Shown piece after piece: positions 21,828 to 34,947 of a stretch of DNA of 64,000 nucleotides; position 1 is the stretch's first letter; each line of letters opens with the position of its first letter. The DNA lies in the NCBI RefSeq assembly GCF_025526975.1, contig NW_026515672.1:248001-312000 (forward strand), in the 5' to 3' direction. The notes below the pieces were generated by a model that saw only the letters and a list, made by a program, of their open reading frames with translations, did not search any database and was not told the DNA's origin. A program made the translations under genes and the position numbers. The stretch comes from Fimicolochytrium jonesii (Eukaryota).

Positions 21828-24094
21828 ATGAACCACTCAACTCCAGAATGGACGTCACGCGCAGAGAATCCTTGGGGAGCACTGGCCAAGCCGGCGTTCA
21901 CCTATAAGGATACCGAAACTTACATCGCGATCACTGTCTTCGTCCTTGTCTGGCTGCTGGTCGCTCGGAAATGGACTTTGTTTCCTGTAGGGAGGACGGC
22001 TGCCTCCCTGCTAGGCGCGGCCGTGCTAGTGCTCACAGGAGTGTTGAAGGTGCGAAGTCACACACGGCGTAGGCTGTCGGGTTTCTCCTTTGTCTACTAG
22101 AAGAACAAACTTAACCCCTTTCCGCTCCCGTTCAGCCACAAGAAGCTTATTCATATGTGTCCGGAAACACCCTCCTGCTACTTACGGGGCTAATGATTAT
22201 ATTGGCTAAGCTGGAAGAGAAGGTAAGTGGAAGCTTCTCAAACGCTCGTTGTTTTGAGACGTTTTTCTCAAGCAGATCTTCATGCAGGGGGCGATGACGT
22301 TCTTGATGCGCCTGCTCTTGTGGAATAACCCCTCACCCGTAATGCTCCTTATCCGAGTGTCTCTCCTGTCTACCTTTTTGGGTGCCACAATCATGAACGA
22401 TGGCTCTGCCATCCTGCTCTCACCTCTTATCACAACCATTTGCGAACACGGCGGGCTTCCGATAGAGGGATTCGCGATGGCGATTGCCACATCGTCGAAC
22501 CTGGGGTCTGCCGCCACCATCATCGGAAATCCCAAAAACATGATTGTGCATGATGCAATGCCAGACATCGACTTTTGGACCTTTTTCAAGCGCATGGGAG
22601 CTGTCGGTATCGTGACGGCCTTGACGAATACGTTCTTGCTTGTCATGTTCTACAAAAGTACAATGAAAGGAAAGAAAATGAAGCCGTTAGCGATGCTGTT
22701 GAATGGATCTCGGAATACTGGCGGCGACGATGATGAAGACCAAAGCGCGTTATTTGGAGATGGGGACGACGCGACGACTGTGTCGGGCACAGATGCACGA
22801 AGCTCAGACGTGAGTGACGACGAGGGCCAGGCGCTTCTGGACGAAGACGGGGATGAGGAGGATGAGGACGTGGAAACGCTGTTGAAAAAACCGCTACTCT
22901 CCGCTGCGCAACGTTCAATCGGAGAGCCAGATGATGCGATCGTAGTCGATATACCGAGACATGTGTTTGCAAAGGGAGAAAATCGCATCGGCAGACTGTC
23001 AGCGGAAGAGGAGCGTCTGAGGCATCGCAGATCCCGCCCTAAAAGCATCGAGCAACATACCAATGGAGTTATCGACGGACCGTTGCCGTGGCTTGTCCCG
23101 CCGGTGTCACCGGAATTCCCGACGCCGATGCATGCTACACCCGCGGTAACTTCTGCCTTTTCTCTAATCGGAGTTTATCGTCTCCGTAATTTACTCACCT
23201 GTTCTTGTCACATAGTATGTCTTCAAGCACCGTAAGCCGCTCAATCTGATTGATATTGTTGAGAGCTTACCGCCAGCCTCGCCATACCCAACAACACTAC
23301 CCACTCTCCTCCGATTCAAGCTCGGGCTCTTCCTCGCCAGGGTGTCATGGGACGGGGTCTCAACCGGCCTGTACATCGCCGTACTATTTGGCATGTACAT
23401 GCTCTTCTTCCTCCATTTCAGCCTAGGGTTCAGCTGCCTCGCCGGCGCTATGGCCCTGTTGGCGATCGACTCGACGATGGCCCGTATCAGCAGCAAATAC
23501 AAAGTCTCGTCAACTAGCGAGCTCGCCACACCTGGCGCCGTGCTGAAACCCAAGCTGGCCGTCGATCCCACGTCGATCATATCGCAGGCGGTGAATTGGG
23601 GCCTCATTTGTTACCTCTTTGGGATATTCATCATTCTGGGAGGGATCCAGAAGACGCCGCTTCCGAATACGTTGTTCTCTTTCTTCGCGCCGTTGTTTTC
23701 GCATTCGGACGGATCGCCGCCACCGTCGCTTGCCTTTACGACAATAGTGTTTGCAGTCCTTTGCATCATCGTTTGCCTAATCTTCACTTCCATTCCTTCC
23801 GTGCTCCTCCTCGGACCCCATATCCACACCATCGCCAGGCACAACCCTCAGTTCGACAGCATCGGATGGTTCGTGCTTGCCTGGTGCGTCACAGCGTGTG
23901 GATGTCTGTTACCATTCGGGAGTGTCTCGGGCTTGATTGTCGCTGAGGTGTGCAGATCTGACGGGGACGAGAAAGCCACGAAAAAGGGAGACCGGTATAT
24001 CGGGCGTATTGGGGTGTGGATGGAGTATTGCGCGTGGGCGGTCGTAGCGCTTACTGCCTTGGGTTTGGGAGTCTTGTTGCTTACGAGTCAGTGA
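21828..24094 (+). CDS. Lsi2/ArsB-NhaD (ion transporter superfamily) permease
   Basis: LFPVGRTAASLLGA, IMNDGSAILLSP, AIATSSNLGSAATIIGNPKNMIV and WFVLAWCVTACGCLLPFGSVSGLIVAE align with rice Lsi2 motifs ([69 protein letters not shown]). Four exons. Confidence 0.82.
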
Positions 24095-24339
24095 GAAGCC
24101 TTTGTACATATCGTATCATAAGTAGCATCGCATCATCCTACACGGGTGGGTCTGTGTATATAGAAATCCTGCCTCACCAATCGGTCAGCGTATGCACATG
24201 GCATAGTAGATTACATTCCTTCCTTGGCGGGAGCCTCATTCAGGGGGCCCTTGATGATGCAAGAGTGCAAGTTCCTCGACTTCTTCATTTATGTCGCCAA
24301 TCGACTGTGGAACGACACTAAACAAGGAATTGTGTGATC

Positions 24340-25593
24340 TTATGAAATGTGATTTCTTACAACAAAATGTAGAAATCCGTCAGGATATGAGCAATTCCTG
24401 CTAAGCCATAAGATCGGGGTATCAAGCGGGATCACGATCCCATGCAGTATTGCCGCTGGCTTCCGTTCTGCAGAGGGCGCAAAGCCACCTTCTGCGGCAT
24501 CCTCCGGACCGCCGCCAAAGACATCCGGTATCAGGCGTCCCAGCACGTCATGTAGCGAGTACTCTTTGTCTGATAAGCAAGGCAGTTGAGTGCAGATTCT
24601 GTACCACTGAACTGCACCTTTGTACATGACTCACCAAGGTTATCATCCACAGAAGGCACAGGTTCCTGTATCACGGCTCGACCCAGTATATGAATGCGTA
24701 ACGGTATGTACTTCGGTATACTATTCTCTTGAGTTACCAACTGCGAGTTGACGTCCCAAAATGCATTGTAGTTGTGTGATACGAGCGCGTCCCATAGTTG
24801 TGTCTGATCGTTCTTGGATAGCCCCATCACTCGCTTTATGGTTCCATTGCGAAGGTAGTCGGCCTGCAAGACTAATCAGCTGAATGTTGCCAAACGCGCA
24901 ACCATGCGCGCCATGATTGGGAAAAGGCGCTGCTCCATGCTCACCTCCTTTACAAGTGACATGAAAGAGTCCCGTGCTGTTTCCAAGTGTTGCTTTGGCT
25001 GCATGCGAATGAGTTCAACGGTGGGAAAGTTGGAAAAGTGGACTGTGATATACCACGGCAATGGGACAGCGCCAGCGCCATTTGTTTCCGTGCCGAGATG
25101 ATAATCACAAAGTAGTCCGACCGGGTGATGCCTACACGGGGGCCTCATTCGTAAGCGTCCATCCGAGGTACGTCGGTTTCGAGATGAGCTGCAGAAGCTC
25201 GGCAACCATCACACCTACCATTTCAGCGGCGTGCCTTTGTAGGAGTACCATATCTCCGCATCATCATGTTGTGCAATCAGTAGTCGAGCATTCCTCGCGA
25301 AGAATTGCCGAACAGTAGATGAAATTAGCGAGAGATAGCTGCAACGGTGCAACAGAAGCTTTATTGGACAAAAGGCGAAAGATCAGTCACGGGAAGAGAG
25401 CGCCAAACAGCACTCGAACCCCTAGTTGAAAAATAGTGCTCACATAATGACTGATGGATGGATTCGCAGAGCCCTGTCCGCCGAGAGAAGGTATTTCGTC
25501 TGGAGACAACGATATTTGCAGAGGTATTTGCGCTTCCCATATCCTATGAGTGACTGCTGTGTCCACTGCTGTTTCGTGATGTAGCTTCTCCAT
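24340..25593 (-). CDS. ATG5: Autophagy protein Atg5
   Basis: RIWEAQIPLQI, PLKWHHPVGLLCD, PLPWYITVHF, FMSLVKEADYLRNG (Atg12-conjugation Lys) and LHGIVIPLDTPILWLSRNCSYPDGFLHFV. Confidence 0.95.
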
Positions 25594-26102
25594 TCGAGAC
25601 AAGGTTGATGTTTCGGCTGAGGAGGAGGAGTCTATCTCGTAATCTGTTCGCAGACGGGGCTTCCTAGTCTTCTTTCGTGATATCCCCTTATGTGATGGAG
25701 GTTTCGTTCTACGGAAGTGTTGAGCCCGGTTTCCAAGATGGCCGAGATCTCCCCAATTCACGAAAGTCCTGACGAGCCAGTGACCAGAGCCTAAAGACCC
25801 TTCAAAGACGTAGCAGTGAACCTCGTCTTTCTCTTCGGCGTGGGAGCTCTGCTATGGCTTCGATGTGCAAGTGTCTGGGTTGACTTTGGCGTTGGACGAT
25901 GGAGACTGGAGAGCAGGTTGAAGACGACAGCAGGAAAGAGCTGGTGATGTGTCACAGCGCTCAATTGCCAAAACTCCCTCGTCACCGCTCAGCTCCACCG
26001 ATACCCGAATTTGACTTTCGAGGAAGTGACGGAAACAACATACAATAGGACCTTAGTGTAGAAGGCACTTGCCGCTAGAACAGGAAGTGCCGACGGGGTA
26101 AT

Positions 26103-29100
26103 ATGTCGCTGTTCGACCAGTTTGAGAATGAAAGCACACAGCCGTCGCAATTCGCGGCAACAGCTCGACGGCAGTCGACAAACCCTCCTGCCCAACCCCT
26201 GATTGTGAGTTTATCTTACGCAGGCCCCAATCCTCAGTGGGCCACGGAGTCTCCCTTCAGGGCATTAGCAGAGTTTTCTAACGTGCGTTCAAGCTAGAGC
26301 AGGGATACGTCAGCATTCGGCCACAAACGCAACTCCTTCCCATCTTCTCTCTAGATCGCGTCCAATTTCCATTTCCCTTCGTCAACCTCGTTTCTTTGGC
26401 TGTTTCGAGCAACATTCTACTCCTTGTCGCTGAAAGTGGTTCGAATTCATCGCGAAAAGATGGTGCTGGGCAACGCTTGTATCGGATTGATCTTGGGAAG
26501 TCCGACGCGATTGATGGTAATGGATGCATGAGGCCAGAGAATATCGAAGATGGAGAGTTGTCGATAAGAGTGGATCGTTCTCACATCCTCGGTACTCTCA
26601 CCCAGAAATCGAGCCCGGGCTAAGGCAGAGGAACGACAAGATACGCCGCGTCTTTCTGGATCCCACCGCGAAACATCTGTTGTTTTCAACGGAGATGGGG
26701 GATAACTACTACCTGTATCATCATTGGCGGAAGCCAAGGGTACTTAACAAGTTCAGAGTAAGTCGCAATTGTTCACAATGCACGCAAAGTCATAACTTAT
26801 ATTCGAACATCCACCGTTACAGGGTGTGCTGATCGAGTCTGTCGCTTGGGGCAAATCTGGAAGCGCAGGAGGTGTGCCCACGACAGGCGTGATCCTGGTG
26901 GGATCGAGGCAAGGGCATGTCTTTGAAGCAGAGCTCCAGCCGACGGATGAGTTTTTTAAGCGAGAAGAGAAGTACTTCCGTCAGGTATGTTGGATTCGGG
27001 TCGGCCGCGCCTCCTAGTCGCATTAAGATGCTCAAGTATCCATGCTTACATGTTTTCTGAAGGTGTACTCAATACCGGAGAACAATACACCAATCAATAG
27101 CATCCGCTTTGAACAGTTCCCCGCTGTACCCAACAAATACGTCGTATTCCTCTCCTCTCCGAGCAGACTGTATCAATTCATTGGGAATGTGACGGATATC
27201 GACTCCGGGAGCATGTTTACAGACTTGTTCCGGAAATATGATGGACCAGGCAACAGTAAGGGGCTTTTCGGAATGTGCACAGGATCGTGCCAGCGCTCTG
27301 ATTTTTTTCGATGCATAGGCTTTCAGGAAATGCCGGGAGAATCATTGCGAGGGGAACTTCAATTTTGGTGCCAGTTTGTGCAAGCGACAGGATATCCTGG
27401 AGTACCAAAGGCGTTTGCCTGGCTTACTGGTGATCTCCGGATGGTCTCGGCGGTGAACATATGAAACAAATGCTAACGAGGTGGTTCGCAGGTTCGGGAT
27501 TATATTGTGGCGATCTCGTATTTGGGAACCAATCGGGAGGTGATAGCATAGTCAACAATGCTCAGCTTCTGCCGTAGGTCTTGCGTTCAAGAAGGGCCGG
27601 ATCAAATGCAATGTCTTATTATGGCTATCAGGTATCCGCGATCAAACGAGAGCAGCCGGTCGAACTCATCTACGGATGGACCGTACGCACCGGGGGAAGT
27701 TCCGATATCTGTGAACATCACCGAGTTTCACTTCTTGCTGCTGTACGAGAATTATTTCAAAGCTATCAACAACCTGACGAATCAAGTTGATCACGAGGAG
27801 CAAATACCTCTTGTAAGTGGTGATGAGCGACATCATTTGGTTTGCGACAATGCTAAGTCTTGCCCATAATTCCCAGGAATTTGGTGAATACGTCGTAGGT
27901 CTGTTCGTGGATCCGATCAAGAGCACATATTGGATTTCCACGAACCTTGCACTGTACGAGCTCATCATGACTGAGGAGGACCGCGATGTCTGGCGTATAT
28001 ACCTGGACCGGAAGAGTTTTGATACTGCGCTTTCGCATGCTAAGGTAAGTGTCACACTTCTGACGTCTCGCATGACACTTGACCACTTCCTAAAAGCAAT
28101 GTTTCCCAGACTCCAGCACACAAAGATATCGTCATCACCGCTCAAGCCGAGTACTACTACTCGCAAAAGCGATACATGCTCTCCGCAACGTATTATGCCC
28201 AATGTGCAAGCCTTTCTTTTGAAGAGATTGTCCTCAAGTTCATTGATAAGGATGAAAGAGGCGCTCTGCACCAATATCTGTTACAGAAGCTCGGCCGCTT
28301 ACGGCCGCAGGTACGCCCCAAGTACAGGAAAGACGGCCGGAATTTGATCTGTTTCTGCGGTCGAATCTCTCACACCATACCTTCATAGGACTCGACTCAA
28401 ATCACTCTAATATCAACATGGTTGGTAGAGATTTTCATCAACAAGTTGAATATCCTGCACGATGAATTACGAGACGCGAGCGTTCTGGTGGACACGCTCT
28501 CCAAAGATGTCAACGTCGACGAAGCATCGGAACAAGCAAAGTCGGAAAGGAAACGTTTGGAGGAAGAGGAGGCGGTTGCGCTAGACGAATTCCGGCAGTT
28601 CCTGCAAAAGTACAAGGTTTGTGCTCAATCCGTATACTACGCTCATTCAGAAGTACTTTTCTCAAAGAACTGTCAGGCCCGACTGGATCTCGACACGACC
28701 TCGAATATCATCGCTAGTCATGGCCGGGTGCAGGAGCTGCTGTACTTTTTGGAACTGATGGGTAACTTTGAGAAAGTCGTTACGTACTGGATACAGGAGC
28801 AGGAATGGTTGAAGGCACTTGGTGCATTAGCGCGTCAGGTACATGTGTGTTACCTTTGTGATGCAGTGCGAGGTCGGTCGGTGGCTAAACCATTTTCAGC
28901 CATCATCGGACCTGTACTACAAATTCTCGCCCGTATTGATGGATCACGCCCCATATGAGACCGTCAACTCTTGGATACGGCAACCTAATCTGAATCCACG
29001 GAACTTGATACCAGCACTGTTACGGTATCAAGTGCGAGATCGCAATCAGGGGAAGCAAGGTGTTGAAGGCCAGGTAAGGAGTTGTATACTGTAGCGCAGA

Positions 29101-30605
29101 GTCGCCGCAAACTCAATGTCACACTTCTTTCTAGAATCAAGCAATCCGTTACCTCACATATGTGACGCAAAAGCTGCAAAACACGGATACTGCAGTGCAT
29201 AATCTGCTATTGTCGCTCTACATATCGCAAGCAAAGCATAATGACGACCAAGAGCTGTTGCAGTATTTGAGCTCTCAGGTACAGTGTCAAGTTGATGTTC
29301 GGACTTTCATCAAAGTGCCACATTAATCAACCTTCGGAAACAGAGGGAAAATCCATATTACGACCAGCGTTATGCGCTGAGGCTTTGCAGCCAGCATGGA
29401 CTGCCTCAGGCTTGCGTTGTATTATATGGCGCGATGGGCATGCATGAACAAGCTGTTGACTTGGCGTTACAGGTGCGTATCCATTTTGGGGCATGCTTTT
29501 CCATCTTATGCACCTTGCGAAAATTTTTGTGCCACAGTTGCATGATCTTGAGCTGGCTCAGATCAACGCTGACAAGCCGGAAGATGACGAGCTCCTTCGC
29601 AGGAAGTTGTGGCTGAAGATTGCCCGTCACGTTGTTGAAGAGAAGCGCGACATAAAACAGTAAGTAGCTTTCGAGCAGCACGTCACAAAGCAAGCCCCAC
29701 ATCTAATCTTACAACTTCATTAGGGCGCTAGCGTTCCTTACGCAAACGGCGGATCTTCTAAAGATCGAGGACATTCTCCCATTCTTCCCTGATTTTGTTC
29801 TCATTGATGATTTCAAGGAGGAGATCTGCGTCGCGCTCGAAAACTACAATGAGCATATCGAGGAACTAAAGGCCGAAATGGATGAGGCCACGAAGAGTGC
29901 GGAGAGCATCAGGCTGGACATCCGGGATTTGCGGAATAGGTAAGAGCCGTGGAAGCAGAGCAGAGGGTTTCCGGAAAGCAGCCATTGATCTATAAGAACG
30001 GAACAGGTATACGGCAATCCCTGTCACAGAGGAATGCAACATCTGTAATGCTGCACTGTTGACAAGGCAGTTCTATGTATATCCGTGCGAGCACGTGTTT
30101 CACGCGGATTGCCTTACGGATCAGGTATGCGATTTCCCCATCTTGAACCTGCATCGTACATCAAACTCAAAAGCGATACGAAACCATTCTATGACTCGCA
30201 AGACCATCAAAAACTCGAACCCAACGAAAGCCAAACGCGTCAAAGACCTGCAAAGACGCATCACGCAGGGAGTTGCCGCCCGTCGCGCCGGGCCAGCCAC
30301 CGACGAAGGCGGAATCAACCTGGCGTCCGCCATGTTGGCGATGCGGCTGGGGAAACCTTACGAGGCGGCTATTGAGCCTGCCGCGGTCAAAACGGAAGTA
30401 TTGAAGGTAAGTGTTGTATGAGACGAGAGCCTTACCTGGAGTTCATGTCACTCAGTGCTCAACTGTATCGTGTCTCTCGTAGGAGGAACTAGACGATCTG
30501 ATCGCAGCGGAATGCCCCCTCTGTGGGGATTTGATGATCAAGAGTGTGGACAGACCATTCGTGGATGCGACGGAGATGGAGTTGATCCGTTCATGGGAGC
30601 TGTGA
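26103..30605 (+). CDS. VPS18: Vps18/Pep3 HOPS/CORVET subunit, many exons
   Basis: IRRVFLDPTAKHLL, ITEFHFLLLY, EEDRDVWRIYLD, LLKIEDILPFFPDFVLIDDFKEEIC and a C-terminal RING (CNIC..FYVYPCEHVFHADCL..ECPLCGDLMI). Confidence 0.95.
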
Positions 30606-30999
30606 GCTCCCCCCCATTGGCGTACATATGGGGTCATGTGGCAATGGGGCCTCTATAGGCACGATAGATGGTGGCGGTATGTGTAGCTCCTAGTGTAGCA
30701 TATGGAAGTCTCCTTTGAGTGTGCTCCGGTCTGTTCCTTTTGTATAATGGATCTACGTGTACAGCTGCCAAGCATATGAACATAGGACACTTTCATTGTA
30801 TATGAGTGACTCGGTTGAAAAACCAAGCGAATACAGTTACAAAATTGGGCTTCCAAAAAGTTGTCTCTAAAACTGGTGCTCACCATACGATGGAAGAGTC
30901 ACTCAAACCTGAAATCATTTCGTCGTAGCCTATAACGGGGCGAAGGGTCGCGACTGAAAAACGGTTCCATCAAATCCTGGCTTCCGTCTATCCACTTTT

Positions 31000-33900
31000 T
31001 CATTGTTGGTGTTTGTCAGATCGTGAGGGTTTTCTTGCGGACGGTATGCGAGGAGGCAGACCGGCCATCCCCCCGACCGCGCCTCCAAAGAGGCGTCGGC
31101 TTGATCCGTTTGGTGTGCCGGGAGACATATTCCGCGGTGTGAGCGGAGTCTCCGTGGCTGAATATCGTCTTGTGCGGGGCGTCATATCCATAGCAGCGGC
31201 TCGGAGTTGCGCCGTCCGCGTTGGTGTGCGTGGTGTTGAGGGAATGAAATGTGCTGTCGCAGCAGCCGACGTAGGAGTCGAAGGTGCCGGAGGTTGCGGC
31301 ATCCGGACAGGATGGATGTCCACGGCGACGTGAGCGCTACTATTGATGTGCGCCGGTTGGGTAAGGGCGTGAAGGGCGTAGTTGTTGCCAGGTATACCGG
31401 TGTCCCCTTCTGACAAAGACATGAAGCCTCGCATGGTGCTCAGAAACACCGTATTGTAATATACTGTGAGGTCACCGGTTTCGCTAGGACCCAGGTAGAT
31501 CTCAGTCAAAGTCTACGGGCAACGGATTGGAAAAAATATGAGAGGGTTAGCCTGGTTGTGGCGCGAGATGCACCCAGCAAAAGGCGACTTTACCTTATCA
31601 AGGAACTGCGGCTGGCGGCGATACATCTCCACGATGGTTTTGAACTTCATCGGACGTTTCTGAACGACGGCGGCTCCATACAAGCAACAGATCGCGTATA
31701 CATCAACGTGTCGATTGTTGAGGTACCGATGCTCATGCTCGCGTTCTAGACCCCATTGCACAAGCTTAAGCGCTGTTGAATATGTTGATTCTGGGGTTCG
31801 TAGGTCGTCGCAAAGCTGTTTGAGGCGGCCCTGGATCATGGATTGTGTCCGACCAACTATCCCCTGTGGGGTTTGCAAGCATCGTGAGACAAGACGCAAA
31901 TAGTTGGACAGCAAGCGGGAGTACGTACGGATATGCCGGCCATCTCTGGATTAGATCCCATGGGTTCGAGAGATCCAGCCCCGCAATGATGCTGATACAA
32001 CGTCAAAATCGGAATAAGCGGTCCGTAATCGCCTGAAAGCCGATGTGTTCCATTTAGCGCCACACACACCGTGTGTAAATGAAAACATCCTACTCACCAC
32101 TTTGATGCGCATGCGCATAAGCGGAGGCCCCGGCGAGTACGGAGAGCATCCGGTAAAATACGGGTTCTCTCCAAACCTGCGTCTCCATCATGCGTTCCTG
32201 CAGCTCCACTAAACGCTTACGAACCCAATCGGAAAACTGCGTCGGGAAAGGAGAAAAATGCGGGTTATCTTCAGTGAAGGTGCGGTTGAGAAAGCAGGTC
32301 ACGAGTCTGTCCGAGATTACCCAGAAAGCCGTGGAGTTGACAATGTCGAGCATTGCTATCAGAGATATGCAGTCGGGGTTGATTTGCCGGAGCAACTCAT
32401 CCGTCATTCCTTTTGTCCCTAACTGGTTTTCAACCGAGTTAATAAGCCAGGCCTGGATGATCTCCTCATCCTCCAGCTATCAAGCATATGTGAATAACCT
32501 CACCTTCCACGTGAATCGGACGATTTCGAAAACGATGAAAACAAGCGAGCGGATGAACGGTTTGTCATTCAGGATTTGGAAGTCCTAGTAATCAGGATGT
32601 GTCAAAACTGAGGATCATGTTACTCGCAACACGGTAGGCCTCGAAGGATGATACTGACCTTGGTCCTTTGGAGGTATGAACCAGTGATCTCGAGCATTAT
32701 GTGATAATATAACGTCATCGTGTCCCTCCAACGATCACCTGCTGGATTTGGACATTTTCGGCGCAACTTCTCCGCCATACGTTCTGCGTAAGAGTGTTAG
32801 GAAATGGTTTCAAAACTGTTCTTTTGAGACACGGAAAGCATACCACACAGGCCGTTGACGTGATGCCGAAGGGTAGCGAGGACGGCTTGAGGAATAGTAA
32901 GGGACGCTGACAGCGCTTGCTGACGTGCGGGCTGAGGCGCGGATGCAATATATTGAGTACCCAGCACAGGGCATTTGAGAATCGTACGAGCCCGCTTGAC
33001 TCACCTCCGTCGACATGAACTGTAGGAAACGCTGTTGAAACTCGGCGAGCTGAGGTCCACCTCTAGAGCCTCCCGGCGTTCGGGTGAACGAGGCATTGGA
33101 AGCACTTCGAGCCATAATGGGCGTTGCATGCATGGCAGTCTAGTCAACCCAGGTAATCAACCACGAAGAGGGAGCTGAGAAACTGGCTGGCCGCGGCTCA
33201 TGAACTCAGGGAACTCACGTTGAACACGTTCGCACGTTCCAGAGATGCTCGCAGATTCCGAGAAACGGTGGATTTTGTTGTAGACATTCTGGGTGTTCGA
33301 CAGAATCGCTTTGGTGTTGCTACAGTAAAGAGCCGTGATATTAATCCGCCGTTCTGGGGAAAACATGTGGGCTGAATTGAGCGTACCAAACGGCTTATTC
33401 ACAGGTCGCAGAAGACGAGGATCAAACTCATAGTCCTTTTGCAACAGTATGAGGTCGAAGTGTCTGCCCATGTCTTCCAAGTTGCTATACAGCATACTGT
33501 CCACATCTAGAGCCCCTTGGTACAGGTGCCATGGGCACTCGGCATTGACCATTATGGGATGGTCTTGATATTGAAACTTCGGCCCTGGTGGTGTTTCCCG
33601 CAAAGTCTGCAACGACGTAAACCGTGAGACACCTGCTGATGTAGCCTCTTGTCGCTGGCACTACTCGTCTACCGACCTGTATGAGCTGCGCCATTGAAGA
33701 AGTTTCGAATTGGCGGAACCTCGTCATCTCAATGTTGAACTTTTCACACAGCCATTGACGAAGTGATGGAAAGTGCGCCACCCAATCAGATGCGGGGTCG
33801 ATCTGCAGCTCGCGCAGCCTGAGGTCGGCCTCCTCCAAAGATACGTTCCCCCACAGGAATGCAAGGACTATCGGCGGACATAAGGTTTCCATTTCTGGCG

Positions 33901-34947
33901 GCGAGCCAATGCCTGCGGCGCTATCTTACCTTGTACCATCTTCCGCCGACGAGCAGCAGAAAGTTGCACACCAACAAATAGTACACAGTAAATGCACCAT
34001 GTTTGAACGTCTGAGCTTTCCCATCCTTTTTGGCCTTCCCCTTCCGAAAAGTGCTGGTCTAAGGCGCGCGGCAAAGGTTTGATGAGGCGTCCGAGTGTTC
34101 GCAATGGACGCCTTGCTTACCTGCACCGATGAGGAACAACAACCATCCGAACCTCTCGACAGGGTCGTCATCCGTAATGCTTTCATCCACGCCGCGATAC
34201 ATGAAGATCCGAAAGAGGTCGTGATACACAGTGAACATTGTGGAAATCGCCGAGTGGCATTTGCGCCACTGTTGGATCTCGTGCATCATCTTCTCGGAGT
34301 ACGGCGTGATCTGGGTTTCGATGGCTTTCGTGAAGGTCTCAAAAGTCTCAAATAGGGGGCCCATTGACAGCATGCCTATTGGCGCACCTCCGAGGCTGAG
34401 GAACACAATATCCCCGTCAGTCCCCTTATCCACAGCTTGATCCTTTGTCAGGGTCGGAGAGACTGACCTTCGCAAGTTTCCGCTCTCGACAAAGCGCGAC
34501 ATGGTCAACTGCATCCCTTCTCCTTTGAACTTTTCAATCTTTGACATGGCCCATATCGATGCGGCTGCCCATTGATTCAAGATTTCTGGAGGCTGTAAAG
34601 GTGATGGCCAGTTGAATAAGTTGATACTATGAGCACCGCCTTACGTGCCATCCTACGAGGGCAAAACCCACCATCGGATGCTGCTGCCTGATCGCAAATG
34701 CGATCATAACTGCCAATAGGGATCCGCTCTCCTCAATAATCGATGGCATCAATTCGAGGTTCCTTGTCCATTCTGTCAGAAACTCGCGCCCAAGATCGGT
34801 TGTCGTTTCCGGGACCACAGGCGTGCTTTGAAAACCTGCAGGTACCCCTGCGCCTGTGTTCGGTAGTGCATGAATCCGTCTTCGTTTGTTCCACTCATTT
34901 TCACTATCGTTGGTGAGTCCTTCATCGTCCTCGTGGGAGCGTTTCAT
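31000..34947 (-). CDS. RB: Retinoblastoma-family pocket protein (divergent), many exons; start ATG uncertain
   Basis: N-domain ERFGWLLFL. RB_A: ILNDKPFIRSLVFIVFEIV and RKRLVELQERMMETQVW. RB_B: RLKQLCDDL, YLNNRHVDVYAICCLYG, MKFKTIVEMYRRQPQ and GDLTVYYNTVF. The tail is S/T-P rich with MTPRTR and RRLF. Confidence 0.88.

Noticed and set aside
32478..32504. Apparent 27-nt in-frame mini-intron in the Rb gene
   Set aside because: A downstream acceptor with a TTAAC branch site gives a normal 81-nt intron and a better Rb alignment.
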